Below are positions 53,680-64,000 of a stretch of 64,000 bases of DNA, one piece after another (within the stretch, counting starts at the first letter, position 1; the number at the start of each line of letters is the position of its first letter). The stretch is from NCBI GenBank assembly GCA_043228905.1, contig JBHGNT010000005.1, positions 24,912,255-24,976,254 of the forward strand, given 5' to 3'. The DNA comes from Azolla caroliniana (taxonomy: Eukaryota; Plantae; Polypodiophyta). The notes beneath the pieces are model-generated. The model did no database searches, was not told the origin of the DNA, and saw only the letters and a list, made by a program, of their open reading frames with translations. Both the position numbers and the translations under genes were made by a program.

Positions 53680-56600
53680 TGTGGAAGCTAAGACCGAACA
53701 CAACCAGCTCAGCTGGACAACAACAACAAACATAGAGAATCAATGGAGAGAAAACACAATACGCAGGAGAGACAGAGACAACATAAGACTAACTTTGATT
53801 CAAAATAATACTATGCTCTGTATTTACACTTGTGCTCAGAGAGCACTTTTATACAAGTCCTTAAAGGACGGTAAGAAGTACTGACAAGTACTTCAATGTT
53901 CATAACTGAGCTATTGACACAAACTCGTAAAAATATAAGTACCTACTAAACTAGGATCTTAGGCCTCTAACGGCCTGCCGGCTCCCCGCGGATCCGGTTC
54001 TCCGATCCGATCCGGGCCTACACGATCGGTCTTCATCCGATCCGGCTCTTAGATTGTCCCGCTGATCCGGCCCATGTTGAGATTGCTTCTCAACACTCCC
54101 CCTCAAGCTCAACTTGAGGTTCCCCCTGCTTTGCCGGTTCCTTGCCTCGGCTTCTCATGGCCCACGCGCCTCGACCCGTCTGGTCCTGCACTATTTGACC
54201 TCCTTGGTCAGCTTGTCTGCTCTTAAGGCCCTTGTCAGCTCCCTCATTGTCGCGGTATTGGCGCCCCTCAACCTGTCGAAACCTTTGTGTCAGTGTTCGC
54301 TTTGGTTGCCTCCTTGTCTGCTTGGCCTTCATGTAATTCGGCTCATTCGAATCAACCCACTCAAACGAATTGGTTGTCTTTGATTCATTCCTGCTCTTTT
54401 CTGAATTGCTTGTCTCCAATTTGTCATCATTCTTCAAGCCCTTGACCACATCCGACCATGTCTTAATCTCGGCCTTTTTCTTCTAGTCGGTTTTGTCCTT
54501 CTTGACTCTGCCGCTTGTTCCGGCTCTACCGGATGTTTCGACTTCCTCAGTCGATTCAGCTTTCCCCTTGCCTTCGGGTGGCTCTTTCTCCGACCCATCA
54601 TCACAACGGTTGTCCTTTCCAACTGCTCTCCCCCTCAAGTGCAACACGTCGAGGTGCTGGATACCAAGCATCTCTAAGAAGTGTTGCAATTTGTCTGTCC
54701 CAAGGGCCTTGGTGAAAATGTCGGCAACCTGTCGATCGGTTTGAAAATACCGAAGTTCGACTTCACTGCTCATGACCCACTCACGCACAAAATGATAATG
54801 CACTTATATGTGCTTCGTGCGAGCATGGAACACGGGGTTCTTGGCCAATTGCATGCTATTGATGTTGTCATGATAGATCGGGATTGGAGTGGAAACTTCA
54901 ACCCGTAAGTCCTGCAACAGCCGCCAGAGCCATATAGCCTCACAAGTTGTGACGGTGACGCCTCTATACTCAACTTTAGTGCTTGGCAAGGCCATTGTCG
55001 GCTGCTTCTTGCTACTCTAGGCTACGACCACACTCCAAAGAGAGAACATAAAACTTGACGTCGATCGTCGATTCGTGGCGCCTCCGGCCAAGTTGGCATC
55101 AATATAGCCGACTAGTTGTTCGGTTATGCATTGTCGGTACAATATTCCTCGATCCTTCGTGCCACTTACATATCGCAATATTCGATGCGTGTACTGAAGG
55201 TGCTTGATTGTTGGTCTCTGCATGGACTGACTTATCACGACGAACGGATAGTTAAGATCAGGTCGGGTGATGGTTAGATAACTTAGGCATCCGACAATTT
55301 GTGGGAACCATTTCTCATCGCAAACCGCTCTCGAGTCAGGACGAAGTTCCAGGTTTCTATCGAGAGGAGTAGAGACGGATCGACAATCCATCATCTCAAA
55401 CTTGTACAACATATTCAACACATAATGTTGTTGAGTGAGCAATATGTCGTTTGGTGTGTGGATCACTTCGATCCCGAGGAAGTAGTGAAGGTCCCCCAAG
55501 TCCTTCATCTCAAATGCATCCGATAACTAGGACTTGACTTGGTTGATTTCAGCAAGGTCAATGTCGGTAATAACTAGGTCGTCCACATTCAACAATATGC
55601 ACACCAGACCCTTTGAACCTTTCCGGATGAATAGGGACGAGTCGGATTTTGAGACTGCAAACCCCATCTTATGCATTCGGTGCGTGATTTTCGAGTTCCA
55701 AGCATGGGGGGCTTGCTTGAGGCCATAAAGCGCCTTCTTTATTCGGCATACCGCCGACTTGTTCAATTCTGACTGAAAACCAAGGGGTTGGACCATAAAT
55801 AGTTGTTCTTCAAGGTCGCCTTGAAGAAACACGTTCTTAACGTTCATCTAGAGGAGATGTCACCCCCTTGCCATTGCTACCACCAATACCACATGAACTA
55901 TCGTCATCTTTGCCACTAATGCAAAGGTCTCATCATAATCAATGTTGTGGTTCTACGCATATCCTTTGGCCACCAATCAGGTCTTGTACCGGTTGACCGA
56001 ACTGTCGGCGTTTTACTTTATCTCGTACACCCATTTGCATCCGATCGGTTTGCAATGTCGCGGAGGGTCAACCAAGTCCCATGTTTTGTTAGCATCAAGT
56101 GCCCGCATTTCTTCTTCCATGGTTGGTCGCCATTTGGCATCCTGTGATGCCTCCACATAGCTCTTCGGCACGCGGACTTCTACCACTTTCGTCATGTACG
56201 CATAGTGATGTAACATGTATTCGTTGTATACGTACCGGATCACCGGGTTCTTGTGGCAAGTCGATCAACGTAAGTTCTTATTCGCCGATTTCAGGGCCCT
56301 CTTGGCCACATCTAATCTCAACTCTTGAGGTCCGTCTTCGCTCCGGTTGGTGTCAAATTCATCTCAATCCAATGCACCCTTGTTTATGTTGTACTCTGGC
56401 ATCTTCATCTTCAACTTCTCTTTGCGCGTATTATGTCTCCTCGGTTCTTTGCACGGCCGAGTCTTCACTACTCGCCTGCTCTTCATTCAGCTAGTCACTC
56501 TAACTTAGCTCTTCATTCAGGCCACTAAGCCGGAATGAAGTCGGACCCTCTTCTAGAGTTCCTTAGTCTTCTTCTTCTTCCCGGATATGTCAGCCTCACT

Positions 56601-59400
56601 GGCCTCATCCTTGGTAATCGGCATTGAGTCAGGGTTTTGAAGGGAATACTAGGACGCCAACTCATCGAACATGACATTTCAGATTAGTCGGCCCCATTTG
56701 GTTTGGGGGTTATAGCACTTATACCCCTTCTGTTCATGTGAGTGGCCGACCAATATGCACTTCTCCGCCTTAGCGTCCAACTTCTTCCGCTTCTCATCTC
56801 GCACATGCATATATCCAATGTTATTGAATACTTTTAGGTGCTTTAAGTTCGGCTTGCGCCCAAAATATAGCTCATGAGCTGACACCTTTTCTCCGGTTGT
56901 AGAAATCTTATTCTAGATGTATATAGTTCTCTAAACCGCTTCGGCCCAGTAAAACTTGGGCATGCTCTCCTCCTCTAGCATTGCTCGTGTCGCTTCCACA
57001 ATTGACCGGTTCTTCCTTTCGCCTACGCCATTCTGCTTTGGTGTATATCTATAACTGAATTCTCGTTGAATTCCATTTGTTGCAGATAACACTTAAACTG
57101 GTCGGAAGAGTATTCCTTTCCTTCATCTGACCGAAACATTTGATCTTCCTCTCTGTTTCCCTTTCCACTAAGCTCTTTAGGTTCAGGAATAATAGAAGAC
57201 ATCACTCTTCTTCTCTATGAGGTAGATCCACGTTTGTCGGCTATAGTTATCGATGAAGGAGATGAAGTATTGACTCGACCCGCTTAGACTCACATTCTAT
57301 GCCTGTCCCCACACATACGAATGGATTAAATCGGTTACGATTACGCTGAGATTGTTATGGCTCCGATTACGCTCATTGGGGAATGGAAATCAGTGTTGTT
57401 TCCCTAGCTGGCAAGCTTCACAAACTTGGGCCTTTTGGCCTGTGAACTTCGATAAGCCGAACACAAACTGTTTCGCTTGCAATTCTTGAAGCCTTTGATA
57501 GTTGACGTGGTCAATCCACTTATGCCACAAGTCGATATCCGATTCAACTTTTGCCCATTGGCGAACATTACAGAACCATCATCATTCACGTTGAGGATAA
57601 ACATCCTCCCTTCTCGTCGCCCTTGCGCAATGATTTTTTCTTCTTCTTCAATGAAGCACCCGAGGTGGGTGAACCGGACCTGCATCCCTCGGTCGACGAT
57701 CTATCCGAGCAACACCAAGTTCTTCGTGATTGTTGGGATGTGCAGGACATTCATCAGTCTCCCCTTCTGTCTGACATGACTCAGGGGGATATCACTGACA
57801 TGCTCGATAGGATGTGAGGTGTCATGACCGTTTTTGACGACCCCCGGTTGTTTCAATTTCCCAAATATGAGAATCATTATTCGTGGTTTGACGCTTCGGA
57901 ATCGACATACCACACCTCGTTCGGTTTTGAGGTGCTTGTCTTCATCGAGTTGGCTTTGTGCTTCATCACGAAGGCAAGGCCGTTTCCGGCTCTTTCTGAG
58001 CCTTCGACGTAGTGCGATCGCTATTGATTTCCTTGTTCGGCTCTGCTCGATCCAGATTTATCCGAATCGGCCTTCTTCTTCCAGCCCTTGCTTTCTTTGT
58101 GGCCTTTCCAGCCACATTACCAGCATTTCGTTTCAGCCTTCCCTTGCCGATTTCTACCGACCATGTCTCAACCGGTTAGATCTATTGGACCAACATCTTG
58201 ACCTTCCAATCTGAACCCTTCCCTTTCTGCATGCATTGCCCAGGTGATGATGCCTGCTATCACATGCGCCCAAAAAAGAAAAGAAAAAAACTAACCCTAG
58301 CTCGTGATATGTACATGTTGCCTTGCAACCACAAACACATGGGTCCTTTCTTGTAGCATGTTGTGGATGTGATGTTTGTTTCCTCCATTCAAGTTACTTG
58401 CTTGCCCTCCTATTGCCAGCTCCTAGCTCCCCAAGCATGACATCTCATAGGAGCATTAATCCTTGTTTCCTAACAAATATTTGATACTCAATTGCCATTG
58501 CTATATATATGAGGGATTTGTTAGTTTCCATGTTCATTAACTAAAGATTGATGATCTTATCATGTGGGTCATCTTTCCAAAGCTAATATTACCTTTAACC
58601 CAATGGTGAAAATTAAACACTATTAGCCACAAGCATGCCTAACATGACATTGTGATTGTTTCCAAACTAATTTGCTTCATGTGAAGCAAATCCAATCAAT
58701 CCATTCAAACTCAAGTTGAAGTATATCCAAAAATATATATGATGCTTCAAAATGGAGGAGATTCTGTATATGTTTCCACTGCTTCTAAATACAATGAATT
58801 ATCTTTATAGGATAGATGGGTGATTGACAAAAACATGATTTTGTCAAAATGCCCCTCAGATATCTACTTCGTTGCATTTCTTAGAAGGCCCTCCAAGTTT
58901 ACAAAATCCTTGAAATACAACTATTAATATATTCCCATTTGGTCATTAAACCAAAAATAATAATCTTAAATGTGCTATGTACTCCCCCTGCTCATGGAGG
59001 GTCCGGAACTGTTGTTGACATGTAGATTATGCTGAGTTTAATTCTGCTCTTATCGGCCGCCACCATTGTGTGCCGATCCACCTTGTCCTCTAGGACCACA
59101 AGATCGATCCGCCTCTGTGTACAACATCCGACTGTTAGATTGCGTGCTCCTTGACGCACCTGCATGGTTTTCTTCGACCATGAGCATCGATTGCCAGTCG
59201 AAGAACGATAATGGTTTCTCCCTTGTGCAAATAGTCGTCCGGATTGGCCCGTACCTCTGAGCTAGAACACCAAGGCAAATTTGCACCATTTCGTCCTCGT
59301 CCACCGTAACATTGATGGACCCCAAGGCATCATATATTTCCTTGATCTTCGTGGTGTAGTCAGTCACTGTCATATCCCTCTCCTCTGTTGTTAACTCTTC
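53680..59400 (-). mobile_element. Decayed Ty1/Copia element related to family X; 5' end lost and gag interrupted
   Basis: Putative 3' LTR about 53680-54095 (TG...CA) with PPT at 54096-54106; RNase [35 protein letters not shown] and gag DEMVQICLG..QSMLMVEENH; many stops and frameshifts. Confidence 0.9.
58200..59045. other. AT-rich insertion of about 0.85 kb splitting the Copia gag; identity unknown
   Basis: Gag homology stops near 58170 and resumes at about 59046; composition shifts sharply. Confidence 0.6.
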
Positions 59401-59454
59401 GGGCCGGACAATGGCCTAACACAGGGTGTCTACGTGAGACACTTCACCAAAGGG

Positions 59455-59822
59455 TGTTACGGCAACCAGATTAGACTTCAACGCTTAATCCGACTTAGTT
59501 AAGTTACTTATTAGGATCGTCTTTCATAACACGCGTAAGATATAACAATTAAGACAGAACGGCAATTAACACAGAGAGATAACAACGCTTAAGTTTTCAT
59601 TAATTAACCGCTAACTATTACATTGTATCCGGGCCTTTAAATAGGTTTCCGGTCTGTATTACAAAATGGTGCCATCCGCACCTGTTCGGGATCGGTCCGG
59701 ATCCGGAACGGCATACCGTTTCTGGTCCGTCCGTCCACACTCATAGCTTAATTACAACCACATTCCTACTACTTAATTAGCTCTCTGTTTCCCACTCTGG
59801 ACTCCTTTCCCGGCCGGTAACA
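59455..59822 (-). repeat. Putative LTR (368 bp) of a nested GC-rich LTR element
   Basis: Termini TGTTAC...GTAACA are 6-bp inverted repeats; CCTATTTAAAGG TATA-like box on - at about 59634-59645. Confidence 0.7.
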
Positions 59823-62207
59823 CATGGCACGCCCGTGGGACAGTACCTTGTACGTCGAATCCACAACCGACCCTTGCTATTCTTCGTCCAAAATGTCCAG
59901 AATGCTCTGTTCGAGAGGCTCCAATGGTTCATCTGGAAGTGGTTGTTGTTGTTGTTGTTGTTGTTGCTCTGTTGTTGTCTGCTGCGGCGGGTCCGTTGGT
60001 GGTTGTTGTGGCTGCTCCTCCGTTTGTGGCTCTGACACCGGCGTCTCCGTCGTTGCTCCCTGCGTCGTAGTGGTCTCCGGTTGACTGGTTCCCGAATGGC
60101 CCTCAGCCGGCGACGGTTCCTCATCACTAAGGTTTTAACCGTTGTCGCTTCCCGTGCTTTTTCTTCCCGTACCCGGGACCGCTCGTAGCTTTCAAACTGG
60201 ATTTGAGCGTCTAGCCTATCATCGTCCAGCTGAGCTACGAGCTGCCTGACCTGCGCTAGCTGTTCATCTGCCAGGACTTGGAAGTCGTCGGCCAGCTCGT
60301 CCCGTATGGCGGTGAAGTCCTCGGAAGTCAACGTATAACAATCATCTCCTTCCTTCCGCCGGTTTGCCACATCCACCCGTAGCAACTGGAGTTCCGCCGT
60401 GTTTTGTGCCCACTTTGTCCACCATTTTACGGAGCTTTCATCAATCAAGTGTTTCGTCTGATTCAGCCATGCCCGGAGGATGGACTGAATCCGGCTCGTT
60501 CCCAATTGCGATTTGGTTTCCGCCGCTTGCCGTTCCTCCTTCAGTTGTTTGATGATTTTGACGTTGTCCTCCGCCTGCGCCTTGTAATGCGTCAATTGCC
60601 TTTGATATGTACTTTGTAATTTCTGCAATACTGTTGATGCTCTCTCTTTGTCTTCCTGCTGCTGCCTCTGGAGCTCCATCCGGACCTTCTCCGCCTCTTC
60701 CAAGCGTCTTGTATTTTCCGCCCGTTCGTCGGCGATCGCCGTCGCGGCCCGATCAACTGCCTGCTGGAGCTCGGCCATCCGTTCTTTATGCTCCGTTTCC
60801 AGCCGTTTGTAGTCCCGGTGCAGGTGCTCAAAATCATCCATCTTTTGCTTGAGCCGTGCATTGATCTGACGACGGCCCCGGTCCTCGCGGTCCTTCTGCT
60901 GGCGGAGCTCTTCCTTTAGCCGTTCAATCTCTGTTTCCGCCGTTTTCCGCAGCTTGTCCTTTTCCTGCATCACTTTGTCTTTCTCCTCCTTTAGCCGATC
61001 GTACGCTTGATGGCCTTTCCGGAGGCTCTCCTCTGCCCGGCGGAGGTTCTCAGCAGTCTTCTTTAATTCGGCTTTGGCCGCCGTCTTCAATTCTCGTTCA
61101 CGGCTCCTTAGCGCTTCTTGTGCGGGAAGTTCCTCTCTCAATTCCGCAAGCTCCCAAGCTTGCGCCGCATCTCTCGCCGGAACGGTTTCCGTTGCCGGGG
61201 TCTTATTGTTATGTACAGGTCGTTCCGTTTCTTTATTCTGTACACTTACCGGAGTCACCGGTGATTGGATCCGTATTTTGGCCATCTCTGTCGTGACTTG
61301 ATCCAAATCTTTTTCAAGGCACCGGATTCTGGACCGGGCCGTCTCTAGTTGTTCGGTTGTGACGAGCAACCGTTCGCTTTGCGCTCTTTCTTCCGCCTCT
61401 ATATACCCCACTGCTCCGGCTATTTGTTCGCCTATCCACCGGAGCCACAGGCTACCGGTGCCTTGTTGTGCTTGCACGGAGGTTTGATAGATGGGCTCAC
61501 TTGTAGAGGGGTGGTCCCGCCTGGTTGCGCCGAGTTGCAGTTCCGTTTCTGCCCGTGGACCATCCTGCTATCCTGGTTCCCCTTGCGCTTCTTCTTAGCT
61601 GACCGAGGGAGGCTGCAGTGACCTTTCCGGCTCTGGCGGGATGGGACTTGCCGGTGTTGCCGGTGGTGCCGGGGCTTCTGTTTCTGGTGCCATCTACACC
61701 GGTTCCGGTTCCTTCCTTGGCGTGGGAGTCTCAGTCTGGGGAGCCGGTGTTCCCTCCGTCTGAGGGTTCGAACGTTTCCCGGTTGTCTCAACGGTCCTTG
61801 CCGACGACCGTCGCTGGAGGTGCTCCGTAGGCTCCTCCTCCATTTCCTCCTCCTGAGCTCCGACATTGAGTTTTGCCGCCAAGGGGTCCACTTCTCGATT
61901 CACCGGTCGGCGGAGTGTGACCTTTACGGGCCGTGCCGGTGGTTCCTCCTGCGCCTCCGTTGGGTGCTTCCAGCTGCCGCTTCCTGCTGCCGCCTGTTAT
62001 GCATCCGTCGCCTTTCCCTTAGTGGCCTTCGAGGCCAACAGCTGTTGCCGTTTGGAAGCCGTCCTTGGTGTGTCGTCCGGCACTCTTCCTCGCTTCTTGG
62101 GTTGGACGGTCTGAACGGGTGGCACCAGCAAGGTGAGCCACTGCGTTACGGCGTGCCATATCCTTCGTCCGTCTCGGCCTTCTTTGTCGCCCGGGGACTC
62201 CACTATA
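59777..62207 (-). pseudogene. Long Pro/Glu-rich plus coiled-coil ORF of an LTR element, degraded
   Basis: ORFs 61997-62236, 61694-61903 and 59777-61477 share one frame and are separated only by TAA/TAG codons; E/K/R/Q heptad-rich 566-aa core; GC-rich. Confidence 0.7.
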
Positions 62208-63169
62208 CATAAGAAAGTTGTATCACGTGCGTTCATGACATCATTTATAAACCCCTTATACGTATGGTTTTTACTATTTTAGTAACCCTTCTGTAGAAAA
62301 AGATTAATAAAAATACCCCTTATTACCAATATATTTTTTGATAACCACCCATTTTAAATACCCTTACATATAAAATATACATGCACACATAGGTTGTGAT
62401 CCTAGAAGGGATCAATGACCATCTTTACAATTGATGACTCGCAAAACTATGAATCGACATTAAACATCATATGCAAATTCCTAGAAATGTTTCATTAAGT
62501 GCCACATAGATTGAAAACACAATGTGTAAAGTACAAAGTAATGTACACACTATTAGGAAACATTACCCAAAAACACTACAGGTATAACATATACAAGCCA
62601 CATATAAGTTTTTGTTTTTAGTTTATTGAGACGTATGAAGAACATTGAGTGATAAAAAACAATGTAATTTACAATAAAACAATCTTGAACTTAACACATA
62701 CATCTCAAAGAGCACATATGGAACAATCCAAAATGCATATCAATAATGAAATTACTAACAAATTAACATTATGTTTGGTTTCATGGATATAGACTCATAT
62801 AAAGACATAATACTATTTTTTCTCAAACACATTGATCAAACAAATGGCAACCTACTTCATATTTCCATTTGAAATGTAAGACATCATCTATTCACATACT
62901 CTTACCCAAATCAAAATGAAATAAAATAAATCATTTTGTTATTGCAATATCTACTTAAAAAACTTATTGCAATAAAGGTTACCCTTATAAAGACTGAGTA
63001 TATAAAAAGAAAACCCTAAGAAGTTCATTTTAGGCTGTAAATTTCATGTCGTTTCCATCTTCAACATTGGACCTATATCATAAAATGTAACAACAAAAGC
63101 AAGAAATCTTAATATACATGGAAGTAAAGAAATCAGAAAATATATTTGGAATACAGTAGGTTTATATTT

Positions 63170-63898
63170 GGTTTCTACATTTCTACTTGCAATTCTTTGA
63201 GCTCCAGGCCAATTTTGCCTATCTTCTCTCGTAATATCACATTCCCTTAAGCCATGTGCATCAATAGAGAAGTTATTATATACCAAAGACACATGATTCA
63301 ATGTGATCCATACATCCCCAATTACTAATTGTCTTGAGGGATTATCTAGTGCATTCACAAGTTTCTTTCGATTATGGATGAAATCTTGATCATGAAGACA
63401 ACTTACCATATCATTATGCATTTGACCTGTGAAGATCCAACCATCCCAAGGCAATTTATATCTTAAGCATATGCTTGGGGTTAAGTAAACTTGAAGCATA
63501 ATCTTTCTTCTCCTACTATCTCCATCAAATACATGTCCAACAATTGGCCCAATACTTGTGGAGAGGTGTTTTTCCCATAAAGTTTCCACTTCATTCCATT
63601 GGCATTTTACAAAATCTGCATCAAAGCAATTACATGTACATTGTACAACCAATACTAATCGTGGAAGTTTAGGGTGAAGAGGATTCGCAATTAACACCCT
63701 AGCATAATGTCCAACCACATAGTCTTTAAAGGAGCTAACAATGGTTTCATAATCAACATTAGAGTCACCAACCTTTATCATACATGATGAGACACATTAA
63801 TGATTGGATGACTTCAACCCACAAAAACCCAAAAGTAATTCATTTGAGCTATCCCACTTAACATTCCGCTTAATCACAGTCTCATCCTCAACAATATG
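63170..63898 (-). pseudogene. DDE transposase fragment, P-element/THAP9-like
   Basis: In frame: IVEDETVIKRNVKWDSSNELLLGFCG..H*C..., GHVFDGDSRRRK, HDQDFIHNRKKLVN, EDRQNWPGAQRI. Confidence 0.65.
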
Positions 63899-63899
63899 T

Positions 63900-64000
63900 T
63901 TGTGTGTGTATGTATGTTCCATACAACATATATATGTGTCCATATGTGTATGTATATTCTACACGTGTGTGTGTGTGTGTGTGCGCGTGCGCGCGCGCGA
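63900..64000. repeat. (TG)/(TA) microsatellites ending in a (TG)n(CG)n tract
   Basis: Seen directly; alternating purine-pyrimidine run at 63960-63999. Confidence 0.85.

Noticed and set aside
59777-61477. Envelope gene or host myosin/SMC-like gene
   Set aside because: No signal peptide or transmembrane segment, no ATPase motifs, no introns, in-frame stops upstream, and it is embedded in TE debris.
63960-64000. Functional Z-DNA element
   Set aside because: It is an alternating purine-pyrimidine microsatellite cut by the window edge, with no context to suggest function.

Overview
Eukaryotic, AT-rich land-plant genomic DNA; the Copia and LINE families look like those of non-seed plants, most likely a fern (inference from memory, not a search). 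Positions 1-43 kb hold the 3' part of an ATM kinase gene on +: 45 exons from 1178 to the stop at 42980, with phases checked by hand. Its four large introns are filled with transposons: a full-length Copia with two coding lesions, two deleted copies of the same family, an intact Copia with apparently identical TG...TA LTRs, a hAT-type MITE with an 8-bp TSD, a solo LTR, and many RTE/RTEX-like LINE fragments sharing a 3' hairpin. A 3-exon bHLH-ACT transcription factor gene lies at 48.3-51.6 kb. The last 11 kb is nested TE debris: a decayed Copia, an LTR element with a long coiled-coil ORF next to its LTR, and a P-element/THAP9-like transposase fragment. I see no clear-cut new multi-gene system. 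The best novelty candidates are the P-like transposase, the coiled-coil LTR ORF, the very young TG...TA Copia and the LINE 3' hairpin.
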